A stretch of 64,000 nt of DNA from Mobula hypostoma (taxonomy: Eukaryota): contig NC_086118.1 of NCBI RefSeq assembly GCF_963921235.1, forward strand, positions 1,116,001 through 1,180,000, written 5' to 3'. A model generated the notes under the pieces. The model searched no databases and had not been told where the DNA came from. It was given only the letters and a program-made list of their open reading frames with translations. A program made the position numbers and the translations under genes. Below are positions 49,667 to 62,867 of this stretch, piece by piece (the stretch's first letter is position 1; the number at the start of each line of letters is the position of its first letter).

Positions 49667-52600
49667 TAGGCGCAGCAGGCTATCAAGGCAAATGGAACGT
49701 TGGCCTTCATTGCTAGAGGGATTGCTAGAGCAGGGAGGTTATGCTGCAACTGTTGAGGCCGCACCTGGAGTACTGTGTGTAGTTCTGGTCTCCTTACTTG
49801 AGGAAGGATATACTGGCTTTGAAGGTGGTGCAGAGGAGGTTCACCAGGTTGATTCCAGAGATGAGGGGTTTAGTCTATTGGGAGAGATTGAGTTGCCTGG
49901 GACTATACTCGCTGGGATTCAGAAAGGTGAAAGGAGACCTGATAGAAACATATAAAATTATGAAAAGGATAGAGAAGATAGAGGCAGGAAAGTTGTTTCC
50001 ACTGGAAGGCAAGACTAGAACTAGGGGACGTAGCCTAAAGATTCAGGGGAGTAGATTTAGGATAGAGATGAGGAGGAACTGCTTTTCCCAGAGAGTGGTG
50101 AATCTGTGGAATTCTATGCCCAATGAGACAGTGGGGCTACCTCAGTAAATATGTTTAAGACGAGGTTGGATACATTTTTGCATAGTAGGGGAATTAGGGT
50201 TATGGGAAAAAGGTAGGTAGGTGGAGATGAGTCTATGCTCAGATTAGCCATGATCTTATTGAATGGTGGAGCAGGCTCGATGGATCGTATGGCCTACTCC
50301 TGCTCCTATTTCCCATGTTCTCATGAATGTTGTATTTGTATACCAGATGAATCCAAAGACGTGACTCATTTTGCGGTTCGTATCCAAGAGACCATTGAAA
50401 AGATTAAGTGGGAGATCAGTTTCACAATTATAACACTCCAGGAAGAGGATGGAAGGCGACCATCCTACATTATGATATAATCATTGGTATAATTCTTTGG
50501 TGATTTTTGTGTAGTATAGGACCAAAGAGGAGAGAATATTGAAAATGGGTACTCATTGATCCGGACTCGGAAAAAGGGAGTTTGTTTAGCTAAAGTATTG
50601 AGACTGCATCATTACTTGAATATTTGAAATCACTTTGATGACTGTATTCATACCTTGACAATTGTGTTTTGATGATTATGGTGTTGTCAATGACAAAAAG
50701 GAAGGAATCGAATCTGTAACACTGAAATCTTTATGAATTTGTAACTTTTGTAAAATGTAATGTAACAAAATAGAACCCATGAAATCTGAAGGTGCTTTGC
50801 AGGCTTGGATGGGAGGCTTACAAGTCAGAGTTTTAAGATAAAAAGCTACATGTTCTTCTTATTTTGGAGATATGTTGTATGGCGGAGGGAGGGGGGGGGA
50901 AGAGATGTTTTGGCAATAGAGGCAAACAGGAGAGAGCTTCTAAAGAACAAATGTCAGAACTAGTTAAGGATGAAGATAATGCAGGAATGGAGTAACCTAA
51001 TTACTGTTCTGTGAAAGGTATGAAAGTGCTTTGTTTGAGACACCAGATGAAGCTATTTTCCAGGCAAAACAGCTGGAAAATAGAACTTCCCTTGCAAGTA
51101 AAATAATAAATGTGTTATAATTTGATCTACTCTAAATGTGTTGTAGTTTGTAACTTTATATTAGAAGATCTAGCTGAATGGTACATGACATCCATCTGCA
51201 CCTCAGATTTTTCAAATTTCTGCCTGTTTAGAAAATAGTCTATGCTTTTGTTCCTTCTGCTAAGTGCATGGCCATACACTTCCCAACACTGTCTTCATTT
51301 GCCACTTTTGCCCATTCTCCTAATCTGTCAAAATCCTTCTGCAGCCTCCCTGCTCCATTAACATTACCTGCCCTTTTCCTATCTTCGTATTGTTCGCAAA
51401 CTTGGCTACAAAACCATCAATTCCATCATCCAAATCTTTGACATATACGTAAAAAGTGGTCCCAACAACTACCCCTGCGGAACATCAATAGTCGCCAGCA
51501 GCCAACCAGAAAAGTCTCCCTTTATTTCTGCTCTTTGTCTTCTGTTAATCAGCCAATGCTCTATCCATACTAGTATCAGTCCTGTAACACCATGGTCCCT
51601 TGTCTTGTTTAGGCAGCCTCAAGTGCAGCACCTTGTCAAAGGCCTTCTGAAAATCCAAGTAAACAACTTCCACTGATTCTCCTTTGTCCATCATGCTTGT
51701 TATTTAGGTGCTTCACCATTTCATTCCTGCGTGATGGATTGCCAGATTTCTTTGACCTAAATAAATCCTCTAATGTACCTTAATTATAACCAAAAATAGG
51801 GTTATCACTTAATATTAGAGCTCTGCAGAGCCGTTGTGAGTTTTTCAAACAATACTTCCACTCTTCTAAATAACTTGCAGGCACCAATATCAAATTCCCA
51901 AGACTTTCCCGGTGAAGCAGATGACACAAAGGTTGGTGGTGTTGTAGGTAGTGTAGAGGATTGTCGAAGGTTGCAGAGAGACATTGATAGGATGCAGAAG
52001 TGGGCTGAGAAGTGACAGATAGAGTTCAACCTGGAGAAGTGTGAGGTGGTACACTTTGGAAGGACAAACTCCAAGGCAGAGTACAAAGTAAATGGCAGGA
52101 TACTTGGTAGTGTGGAGGAGCAGAGGGATCTGGGGGTACATGTCCACAGGTCCCTGAAAGTTGCTTCACAGGCGGATAGGGTAGTTAAGAAAGCTTATGG
52201 GGTGTTAGCTTTCATAAGTCGAGGGATAGAGTTTAACAGTCGCGAGGTAATGATGGAGCTCTGTAAAACTCTGGTTAGGCCACACTCTGGTCACCTCACT
52301 ACAGGAAGGATGTGGAAGCATTGGAAAGGGTACAGAGGAGATTTACCAGGATGCTGCCTGGTTTAGAGAGTATGCATTATGATCAGAGATTAAGGGAGCT
52401 AGGGCTTTACTCTTTGGAGAGAAGGAGGATGAGAGGAGACATGATAGAGGTGTACAAGATATTAAGAGGAATAGAGAGAGTGGATAGCCGGCGTTTCTTC
52501 CCCGGGGCACCACTGCTCAATACAAGAGGACATGGCTTTAAGGTAAGGCGTGGGAAGTGGGGTCACAGACGGAGTGATTACTTTGCAGATCTCCCGTGTT

Positions 52601-53676
52601 CAGTCTGCAGGAGGAACCCTGAACTTTGGGTTGCCTGCCACTTTAATTCTCCATCCCACTTTGACCTTTATCTCTGGCCTCCTGCACTGTTATAACAAAG
52701 TCTAACGCGACTCAAGGGACAGCAGCTCATCTTGCGCCTGGGCATATCATAGCCTTTAAGGCTCACTCATTACGTTCATTACTTTCAGGCTCACTCATGA
52801 TGTTCTCCAGGTGTGGCATGGTAGCACAGCGGTTAGTGTAACACTGTACAGCGCCAGTGAAGCAGGGTCAGTGCTACCACTGCCTGTACGGAGTTAGTAT
52901 GTTCTCCTCATGACTATGTGGGTTTCCTCTGGATGTCCCCGTTTCCTCCCACATTCCAAAGATGGACGGGTTAGTAGGTTAATTGGTCACATGGTGTAAT
53001 TGAGCAGCACAGAAACATTGGGCCAGAAGGGCCTGTTACTATATTGCATCTCTGAAATATTCACCACTCCACTCCCAAACCCATACCAGAACTAACTGTT
53101 TCTTCCAATTATCCATATGATATCCTGGCAGTTTTTCCTCTCTCCACTAGTATAGTCTGGCCTTCAATACGCCCCATAGCCCTGCTATTAATATTTGTGC
53201 TCCCCCACCTTCTCTGCAAGTGGTAATGCTGTCTGACTTACTCAGTGCTTCTTGTATTTTCTGGTTTTATTTCAAGTTCTTAGTCTTCCCTTGGAACTGG
53301 TTCTGTTATTTCCAGAATTCTGAGCTCCAACATACCATAAAGCACTGCCTGAGTCAGTGGTGGAGGCAGATACACTAGTGAAGTTTAAGAGACTATTAGA
53401 CAGGTATATGGAGGAATTTAAGGTGGGGGGTTATATGGCAGGCAGGGTTTAAGGGTCAGCACAACATTGTGGGCTGAAGGGCCTGTACTGTACTGTGCTA
53501 TGTTCTATAACTTTGGCAATTTTACTATGCACTTTAAAGGCACATGTGTACTCCAATTAAGCCAGCACTGTATTTAATCTTTTCTTTGAACCATTCACCT
53601 CACCAGGTCATCTCCACATAAAATGCACACGAGCTCATGACATTGCTTTTCTACGAACAGCAACAAAAGGACTTAC

Positions 53677-53731
53677 CTTTGCTTGCTGGTTATCCAGATA
53701 ATCTTTGGAATTGCTTTGCAGGGGTAGGGGC
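53677..53731 (-). CDS. LLGL2: LLGL2 coding exon (~9), 55 nt: PYPCKAIPKIIWITSKQ
   Basis: ccacag| acceptor, AG|gtaagt donor; followed by the 25-kb intron. Confidence 0.92.
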
Positions 53732-55070
53732 CTGTGGACAAGGAAGGGAAGAGAAGTGTTACAACAAATCTGAGGATTCCAAACCTTGTACAACACTCTA
53801 AGTCTATTCCTTGCATCCCCACATTTATGAATGCATCTCCTATTTAGCACTACCTGCACAGCAGTGATTTACTACAGCCCTCTTGTTCCTAGAGTTCAAG
53901 CAGACACAGGTATGTACCTCACCATGCTTTAAAAGGCCTCTACTCCAGCTGTGTGCCGCTGTAATGAAAACTAGTTGTCCCTACAGCAACAGAATGATGA
54001 TCTCACCACCCTAAGGTTCAATACAAGGCAAGCCACCTGATGTTCAGAGACTAATGATGGAAGGGCAACCAACATGGCCACTTGAACTCGAGTTGCACTC
54101 TGGTCTGCACAGCAAGAGTGGGCACTGCTGGGATCTGGCAGCACCTGCTCCACATGTTGACAGACCACTGCATCCTCTCATTTCTCGTCACCTCCTGATG
54201 GGGGCTGCTGTCTCTCCCCACTCCAGAAACATCCAGTTAGTTAAAAGCTCAGTTTTTATTCATATCCATAACATCTGTTGCAATTTAGGAATCTCTGGGC
54301 TGGGGAGAGCTGTGTAGCCAAAGAGAAAGACTGTAGGATCTGGGTGACTTGCCAACAGCTGCCACCACACCTCAGCCATGAGCTGCACTTGCAGTGTTGA
54401 TCAGGATGCAGCCCACAGTCACAGCCCTGTATCTCAACACCAGGCAAATGAAACACTCAACCCAACCCACTTAACGCTAGTCTACTTCACCGCAATGGGA
54501 GCATCAGCAGTGGGCTAAACCCTGAACCTAGCTGGGAGAGCAGAGATTCATGGCATGCTCCTGACACAACCATGCTCTCAGTCACACATCTCCTACCGGA
54601 TCCTGTAAATGCATCTTCCTGAATATCAAACAGGATACAAACAATCATCGTGCAAGTTTGCTTTGACATTTTACATTTATTTTAAGGGACAAAATTTCTA
54701 TTTCAATTTTCTCTTCTGGGATTTTCTAGCCTGTGCTGCCCAGGAATATCACTGCATCCACATGATTGGGGGTTTACTGGTAAAGTAATGCACACCTCCA
54801 ATACTGTGCCCTTACATCAGAGGAATACAGTCCTGCAGACTGTATCCCCATTACCCATCCAACAGATGTCCCAGATATTCCTGGAACACTCAAGTAAAAG
54901 AAAAAATTGAAGTGAAGCAATAACTTTTCCTTTAAAGATAAAGCATAACAAGGCACATCGTTTTGTTTCAGGAGTTCATGGTCCAAGTTTCCCCAGTTAA
55001 GCTTTTTTAAAGAAAATGTAATTGTTTGCTTTTCTGTGTAGGTGGCATTCCTTCATCAGTACATACTGAC

Positions 55071-55200
55071 CATAAGGCACTGTTTTTTCCAGAGGTTGTG
55101 GCAATCGGTCATTTGAAACAGGCCACTGATAAAAACTGCCATCACTGTGTGAGCTGATGACCTGCCGCCCATCTCTCTGCCACGTTACACTCTCCAGTTG
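55071..55200 (-). CDS. LLGL2: LLGL2 coding exon (~8), 130 nt: QLESVTWQRDGRQVISSHSDGSFYQWPVSNDRLPQPLEKTVPYG
   Basis: ttcacag| acceptor, G|gtcagt donor; inside ORF 54997..55308. Confidence 0.93.
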
Positions 55201-55339
55201 CTGTGAACAGAAATAATCAAGAGGTGAATATGTAGTTCTCAGCTCAATATACCTGGAACTACACAGCAGCAAGAATGATTCTTGTCCCACCAATAGCAAG
55301 GTGAACACACGATTTTCTTGCTAAAGACCCATGGGTGAA

Positions 55340-55778
55340 CACCACAAGGTAACACCACTATCCGGGTCATGCTCTCTTGCTACTGCCAACCGCAAGGTTG
55401 CACAGGAGCTTCAGGACCCACACCACCAGGTTCAGATACAACTATCACCCTTTAACCATCAGGCTCTTGAACCAGAGGGGATAATTTCACTTGCTCCATC
55501 ACTGTCATGTTCTCACAACCTATGGACTCATTTTCAAGGATTCTAGAATTAATTTTCTTGAGATTTATTGCTTATTTATTTTTATTATTTTGTTTTCTTT
55601 TCCCCATTTTATTTTTGCAGTTTGTTGTCTTTTGCAAAATTGTTGCCTGTCATATTGGGGGCAGTCTTTCATTGATCCTATTGTGTTTCTTGTACTTACT
55701 GTAAATGCCCATAAGGAAGTGAATCCCAGGACTGCATATGGTAACATACATGTACTTTGATAATAAATTTACCTTGAA
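55340..55778 (+). mobile_element. Rex1/Babar-type 3' fragment
   Basis: PGHALL..LP, RTHTTRFR relics; ends AATAAATTTACCTTGAA. Confidence 0.55.
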
Positions 55779-57028
55779 CCACGGAAGTGACATCTTTACT
55801 AAAAGTGGAAGCAGCACTTTTACCAGCTGCCTCAGCAATTCCAGTAGCCACGTGAATTTCTCTACTTCTCACATTCACCCTTTGTCTTGCAACACTCAAA
55901 TATTTACACTTATGTTGCTAAACTTAAAACTAATCTTTCTGAACACAAAGACAGAAGTTCATTCACTGTTAATTGTGCACTTCGATATTCCCAATGGAAT
56001 GGATGTACTCTGATCTGTCTTTATACTTGAAAACTGGAAGTCATGATGCAAATATGCAGGATGCTTGTGCTTCGTTTTAGTTGCCCTGCTATAGGATGGA
56101 TGTAATTAAACAGAAAAAGAGTGCAAAAAAAATTGACAAGGACATTACCAGTACTTGAGGGTCAGAGTTCAAGGTGGGGCTCAGGGCTCAGACTTGACCG
56201 TTGAGCTTAGGCCAGAGACCACTGATGACAGAAGGCAGAACACAGACTGTATGGCTTAGGCCAGAGGCCATAGACCACAGACCATGGAGCACACATGGTA
56301 GGACTTTGAGCAGAGACCATAGAGCTAAGGCCAGAGTCCAATGACCACAGACCAGAAAACATAATCCATAGAGTTTTGGTCAGAGATCATAGACGACAGG
56401 TCATATTCCTTGGAACGTTGGAGACTAGAGGTGATTTTAGAGTGTATAAGATCATGAGGGGCATCAATATGTGAATGCACCAACTCTTTTTATCCCCTCT
56501 GGGTTGAGCAGCCAAGAACAAATTGGATTTAGGTTTAAAGGTGAGAGGGCAAACAACTTAATAGGAAATTGAAGGACAACTTTTTTTTATATATAAAAGG
56601 TTGGTATGTATGTGGAATACACTGCCAGAGGAAGTGGCTGAAAGCAAGTATATTTACAACTTTTAAGAGCTGAACAGGCACGCAGATCGGAAAGATTTAG
56701 GTCATCAGCTATAAAGCTAGCTAATGAAACTAGCTTGGATGGGGCATCTTGGCCAGCACGTCAGCCTCTCTCTGTGCTGCACAAACCCTATGAAACATGA
56801 GTCATAAGCACCAGTTGGTTCACTGTTAGTCTTTGCAAGACACTATAGTTCTCATTTGATTTGGTCTGCATACAACTCTAGCCAAACAGCAGAATGGCTG
56901 ATTTTTCATTATGTTTTGGGTTGTCTGACACAACCATTAAAGTTATGCATGAACTGCACTAGCCCTTAGATTCCAGCAGACACAGTAAATGATCATGGTC
57001 AGAGACGGATTCACAAGTGAGCAAGTAC

Positions 57029-57191
57029 CTGGTCACCGAGAAAGTGGTGCGTGGCTTGGTTGGCCTGCAAGTCCCACAATATGACAAGGCCTCTACTGTA
57101 TCCAACCAGAATCTGATGGGGGTTTTTTGGGTTCTCCTGGAGGGCTTCAACAGACCCCAGTGAGCGTCGACTTCGATAATCATCAGGTACA
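57029..57191 (-). CDS. LLGL2: LLGL2 coding exon (~7), 163 nt: VPDDYRSRRSLGSVEALQENPKNPHQILVGYSRGLVILWDLQANQATHHFLGDQ
   Basis: polypyrimidine tract + ctag| acceptor, CAG|gtactt donor. Confidence 0.93.
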
Positions 57192-57562
57192 CTAGAGAGA
57201 AAAACAAAAATAAGCCACTCATTTTAAATCTCCCTATCTGTCCCCACTGACATATCCATGTACAACTAAAAGGCCTTCAATAAGGGAGATGGTCATTGAG
57301 AGGCTACAAGGCAGGACAGAAGTTCCCATGAAGTACAGTGTCTTCGAATCATTCTCTGAATGACTGAAAGATTTTTGAAGTTTACATTCTAGCTCAAAGC
57401 TCAAATTTATTGTCAAAGTATATATACAATATACAGCTTGAGATTCATCTTCCTGCAGGCACTCACAAAACAAAGAAACAATAGAATTAACTTTTCAAAA
57501 TAAAGACCACCATATTTCCAATTTACAAAAGAGGACAAATCATACAAATAGTAAAATAAAAG

Positions 57563-58002
57563 GTGATGAGGCCACATTTAGATTGGAGGAACAACAGCTT
57601 GTATTCTGTTTGAGAAGCCTCCAACCTGATGGCATGAACATCGAGTTCTCAAACTTCCGGTAATGCCCCCACCCCCCTCCATCATTTCCCAACCCCTTTT
57701 CCCTCTCTCACCTTATCTCCTTGCCCACCCATCGCCTCCCTCTGGTGCTCCTCCTCCCCTTCTTTCTTTCTTCCATTGCCTTCTGTCTCTTTCACCAATC
57801 AACTTCCCAGCTCTTTACTTCATCCCTCCTCCTACAGGTTTCACCTATCACATGGTGCTTCTCTCTCCCCTTCCCCACCTTTTAAATCCTCTCCTCAGCT
57901 TCCTTCTCCAGTCCTGCTGAAGTGTCTCAATCCGAAATGTCGGCTGTACTCTTTTCGTAGATGCTGCCTGGCCTGCTGAGTTCCTCCAGCATTGTGTTGC
58001 AC
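57563..58002 (+). mobile_element. Penelope-like 3' fragment with degenerate hammerhead (~57909-57946)
   Basis: DEATFRLEEQQLVFCLRSLQPDGMNIEFSNFR*, then a pyrimidine-rich UTR and CAGTCCTGCTGAAG..CGAAATGTCGGCTG. Confidence 0.8.
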
Positions 58003-58609
58003 CAGGTTGTTTAGTTGGTTCAAAAAGTACATCCTTAAAAAGGAAATTACAGGCTGCAGACTGCAGCAATTGCAGTTCAAAGTACCAGTATACTTACTAG
58101 AGTGTTTAGTAGTGCTATGACTACTAGACAAATTTAGACAATTTGTTTCATGACTGATTCTAGACAATTCCCAATAATTTGCAATGACAACCCTTCCAGT
58201 GTTACTTGTAACATGCTTTGTTATTTTATACTACAGTACATCTGGATTGCCCCCAAATACAACTATGAAGCAAGCCAAACAAGGACTAGATAGATCCATT
58301 ACCATCCAATTATTTGGTCTGACCTGATAAATACCTCCAGAATTTTTGTCCAGTGTCACTTTGCAACAATTTCCAAAGGAAATAAATATGCTCCATCTAA
58401 AATGGAGTGGAGCAAAGTAGTCACTTGGGATTTATGTAGCTTGGATACGAGTCATTTCAAGCTGAGGCAGGTGTGGAAGACTATTAAATCATAAGGTCTG
58501 TGAAAACATCATGTTTTGATTTGTAATACTTGTTTCAGTACTGGAGAAGGAGCAGTTGTTTGCAAAGAGTGGATAAGATTAGGTGAGGAGGCAGGGGAGG
58601 TATTTTGGC

Positions 58610-60040
58610 ACATAGTCATAGTCATACTTTATTGATCCCAGGGGAAATTGGTTTTCGTTACAGTTGCACCATAAATAATAAATAGTTAAATAGTAATATG
58701 TAAATTATGCCAGGAAATAAGTCCAGGACCAGCCTATTGGGTCAGGGTGTCTGACCCTCCAAGGGAGGAGTTGTAAAGTTTGATGGCCACAGGCAGGAAT
58801 GACTTCCTATGACGCTCTGTGTTACATCTCAGTGGAATGAGTCTCTGGCTGAATGTACTCCTGTGCCCAACCAGTACATTATGTAGTGGATGGGAGACAT
58901 TGACCAAGATGGCATGCAACTTAGACAGCATCCTCTTTTCAGACACCACCATCAGAGAAGTCCAGTTCCCAGTTCCATCCCCACAACATCACTGGCCTTA
59001 CGAATGAGTTTGTTGATTCTGTTGGTGTCTGCTACCCTCAGCCTGCTGCCCCAGCACACAACAGCAAACGTGATAGCACTGGCCACCACAGACTCGTAGA
59101 ACATCCTCAGCATCGTCCAGCAGATGTTAAAGGACCTCAGTCTCCTCAGGAAATAGAGACGGCTCTGACCCTTCTTGTAGGCAGCCTCAGTGTTCTTTGA
59201 CCAGTCCAGTTTATTGTCAATTCGTATCCCCAGGTATTTGTAATCCTGCACCATGTCCACACTGACCCCCTGGATGGAAACAGGGGTCACCGGTACCTTA
59301 GCTCTCCTCAGGTCTACCACCAGCTCCTTAGTCTTTTTCACATTAAGCTGCAAATAATTCTGCTCATACCATGTGACAAAGTTTCCTACCGTAGCCCTGT
59401 ATTCAGCCTCATCTCCCTTGCTGATGCATCCAACTATGGCAGAGTCATCAGAAAACTTCTGAAGATGACAAGACTCTGTACAGTAGTTGAAGTCCGAGGT
59501 GTAAATGGTGAAGAGAAAGGGAGACAAGACAGGCCCCTGCGGAGCCCCAGTGCTGCTGATCACTCTGTCAGACACACAGTGTTGCAAGCACATGTACTGT
59601 GGTCTGCCAGTCAGGTAATCAAGAATCCATGATACCCGGAAAGCATCCACCTGCATCGCTGTCAGCTTCTCCCCCAGCAGAGCAGGGCGAATTGTGTTGA
59701 ACGCACTGCAGAAGTCAAAAAACATGACTCTAACAGTGCTCGCTGGCTTGTCCTCAACGATGGCATCCTCAACTCCTAGTCGGGGCTGGTAGGCGAACTA
59801 GAGGGGATCTAAGTGTGGCCTGACCATAGGCCGGAGCAGCTCCAGAACAAGTCTCTCCAGGGTCTTCATGATGTGGGATGTCAATGCCACCGGTCAGTAG
59901 TCATTGAAGCACGGCGTCTTCGGCACAGAGACAAGGCAGGACGTCTTCCACAGCACAGGAACCCTCCGGAGCCTCAGGCTCAGGTTGAATACATGGCGAA
60001 GTACTCCACATAGCTGAGGGGCACAGGCTTTGAGCATTTG
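58610..60040 (-). mobile_element. Rex1/Babar-type LINE, 5'-truncated, RT largely open
   Basis: ORF 58952..59725: FFDFCSAFNTI, TGAPQG.VLSPFLF, KFSDDSAIVG, LNVKKTKELVVD; (ATGACT)n tail. Confidence 0.9.
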
Positions 60041-60864
60041 AGGAGGAAAGCAATAACCAAGGAGAATCACCAAGAATATCAGATATCATTGTGGTCTGGA
60101 AAACAGGTAGGGTGGTAAGCAGTTAATGGGAATCTGGTCTAGTTCAAAGACAAAAGTGGGCTCAGTGGTCATCCTCTGAATAAAACATTATTTTCTTGAA
60201 GAGGAGATAGAAGGGGTGTAGGCAGAGCAGCTGGATCAAAGGTTCAAGTTTTGGAGACATGACCACAACCTCATTAACTGTTACACTGGAGGCAAAGGTG
60301 GAGGAGACACTGCAATCAGCAGTAAAGACTACTAAAGCAAAGTTTGGGGTTTTCTTTAAAACCACAATGTTCTTCTGGGGGGGCGGGGGGGAGAGGAAGC
60401 ATTTTAGGTCATAATGGTCCAGCCAGGTGTGGTGCAAAATTGTTAAACAAGTTGTCTGCCGCAAACACAGATGTCTATGAGGAACATTCGGGGTAGATAG
60501 AAACAGGAGACAGAGATCAAAGTAAGAGAAATTAATGTTTATGGTCATGGCATCCAGAGGGAAAGAACGGAAAGGTGGAAAAATTTGAGATCTAATACAG
60601 TAGGTTGGGCAGCAAAATAGATCGTGTAAAGTTTAAATAATTTCACAAACATTGCTAGGCAGACACCAGCACCAAAGTGTCACCAACTGCCTTCAATTAC
60701 TTGTCACTCATTTATTTCAATAATTTAAAACAGAAATTACTAAGTGGCAACAAGCTGATGATTAATAATTTGTACCCCATACCATCTCAGTACAAGCTCA
60801 TTGGGTGACATAAGCAGACAGGAACCAGACCTGGTCGGAAACACACTAAGGAGCAAATACTTAC

Positions 60865-61023
60865 TTCTGCAGAACAGCTTCCTGGGTGATTGTTCTCTCT
60901 TCCTGCTCTCTAAACGATGGTTGTTCCACCACAAACACACAGCCACCTTCTGTTCCCAGAAATAACACATCACCAGATGAATGAGGCAGGACAACAGTTA
61001 TTGTGGTGACACTTGGTGGAGCA
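60865..61023 (-). CDS. LLGL2: LLGL2 coding exon (~6), 159 nt: [52 protein letters not shown]
   Basis: tttacag| acceptor, AA|gtaagt donor. Confidence 0.93.
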
Positions 61024-61269
61024 CTGTAAACAGGAATTTAGATTAGAGATAGATTTAGTTGAACCAGAGAGCAATAATGAAATAAACCACAGCACTGCCT
61101 GGTGTGCATACAAGTAATCTTTAAACAATGTGCACCAATTCTCTCAGAGAGCATAATGCAGCTCTGAGAAGCATAACCAGTGAACAGAATAGAAAATGAT
61201 CCCATCATAACATCGTTGTCTCCGAAATACCAAGCAACTTTGATATGGATTCCCCACTTTGGTCTCACT

Positions 61270-61610
61270 ATTACCTCTTCTCTTCACCTACCTATCACCT
61301 CCCCCAATAGCCCTCCTTCCCTTTCTCCCATGGTCCACTCTCCTCTCAGTTTCCTTCTTCTCCAGCCCTTTACCTTTTCCACCCATCACCTCCCAGCTTC
61401 TTACTTCATCTCCCCCCCCCCCCCACCTACTTGGCTTCACCTGTCAATTTCTAGCTTGTCCTCTCCCCCCGCCTCACCCCCACCTTCTTATTCTGGCATC
61501 TTCCCCTTCCCTTCCCTTTCCAGATGTGATGAAAGGTTTCAGCCCAAAATGTTGACTGTTTATTCATTTTGCATAGGTGCTTGCCCTGCTGAGTTTATCC
61601 AATTTAAACA
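61270..61610 (+). mobile_element. Old Penelope-derived 3' UTR fragment next to an exon donor
   Basis: Pyrimidine-rich body like 57660-58000; decayed TGATGAAAGG..CCCAAAATGTTGACTG. Confidence 0.6.
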
Positions 61611-61615
61611 CTAAC

Positions 61616-61734
61616 CCAGGCTGTCCTCGTAGATCGAAGTGAGTCTCCTCTTTCAGGATACTCAGTCCATCCAAGCTCTTCTTCAGCTTCCACAAGTGCA
61701 AGCTATTGTCATCCAGGAGTGTCACCAACTGACC
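61616..61734 (-). CDS. LLGL2: LLGL2 coding exon (~5), 119 nt: [40 protein letters not shown]
   Basis: ttgcag| acceptor, GG|gttagt donor; phases fit neighbours. Confidence 0.93.
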
Positions 61735-62065
61735 CTGCAACAAAGATATTTCACATCAATACATGCTCGGCTAATGTACCACAATCAGTGCCGTGCAGTC
61801 TCTGCCCCACACAGCAGATTTGGGAAAGAATCTCTTATTCCTCGTCATACCTTCCTGACTGAATATTATTTAATTAACTTATTAAGCACTGCACCAGCAC
61901 CCTTGTCGCTCAAGTTACCCCAGATATGGAGAAAGTGTAGAGTAAAAAAACCTAAAGTGGAGGTAAGAGGGATGGAGGGATGAAAATATTAAAAGGGGGA
62001 AAGGCGGCAGGGAAGTGAAGAGGAAAAGAAAAGAAAATGAAGGGCAAGGATGAAAACACCAATAC

Positions 62066-62147
62066 CTGTTCTGGTAGGAAGTGAATCTGGGTGACTGCTG
62101 CATTCTCTTCATGTAAGCCCATGATCTCCACCTCAGGTGCTCCATAG
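62066..62147 (-). CDS. LLGL2: LLGL2 coding exon (~human exon 4), 82 nt: [27 protein letters not shown]
   Basis: ctgcag| acceptor, CAG|gtatt donor; translated by hand. Confidence 0.92.
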
Positions 62148-62394
62148 CTGCAGCCTCATGTTAAGGACTTTTGGCTTAAAAGCTTGTGCTGAAATCCAAG
62201 TAGACAACTGAATTGTTAGGTTGGAAACATTTCAAGTCATAGCTTTACAGAAAATCTCAATTTCATAAACAGTTTTAGTAGAAAGAGGATTTAACAAGTC
62301 AGACTAGTGTGCAAGTTGGAGGAGATACTGTGACAATATTAGCCACCTGCCTTTGCCTTTTTAGTAACAAGTTGTCAGTTTAACACATAGAACA

Positions 62395-62637
62395 GTACAG
62401 CATGGTAGTGTAGCAGTACAGTAATAGTCATGCTTTTACAACACCAGCGACCTCGGTTCATTTCTCACTGCTTTCCATGAGGAGTTTGTACGCTCTCCCG
62501 TGATAGCGTGGGTTTCCTCTTGGTGTTCGTTTCCCTTCACGTTGAGGTCAGTTGGTTATTTTGGTCACATGGGTGTAATTGGTGGCATGGGTTCACTGGG
62601 CTGGAAGAGCCTACTACCATGCTATATCTCTAAAATA
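62395..62637 (+). mobile_element. tRNA-derived SINE
   Basis: GCATGGTAGTGTAGC head, CGGTTCATTTC B-box-like, GCGTGGGTTTCCTC core. Confidence 0.65.
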
Positions 62638-62867
62638 AAACACAAAGCGTAGCACAGGACCTTTGGTCAACCCTTTAACCTATTCCAAGATCAACCTAAC
62701 CCCTCACTCCCACACAGCCCTCCATTTTTTCTTTAATCCAAGGGTTTCTTAACTATCCCTACTGTATCTGTCACTACCGCCAGCTCTGAGAGTGTTCCAA
62801 GCGCCTCACACTCTTCGTAAAAAACAAAACTACTTCTGACATCACTCTCTCCTCCAACCCCCTATAA

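Larger units (their letters stand above)
45623..53707. repeat. Direct tandem duplication, two ~4040-bp units
   Basis: 45641 = 49681 (offset 4040), later offset 4041; the ORF track repeats with the same offset; TTTG at both ends and at the junction. Confidence 0.97.
2689..62147 (-). other. LLGL2: LLGL2 gene, partial span (16 internal coding exons; 5' and 3' ends outside window)
   Basis: Spliced exons give 763 open codons with Lgl motifs ([41 protein letters not shown]). [20 protein letters not shown] and [19 protein letters not shown] match LLGL2 rather than LLGL1 as I recall them. Confidence 0.93.

Noticed and set aside
45623-53707. Duplicated units as the paired LTRs of one element
   Set aside because: The units abut with no internal region and contain mixed repeats, intron sequence and half an exon.
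2689-62147. LLGL1 or tomosyn (STXBP5) identity
   Set aside because: Diagnostic segments ([36 protein letters not shown]) fit LLGL2 better; a phylogeny would confirm.
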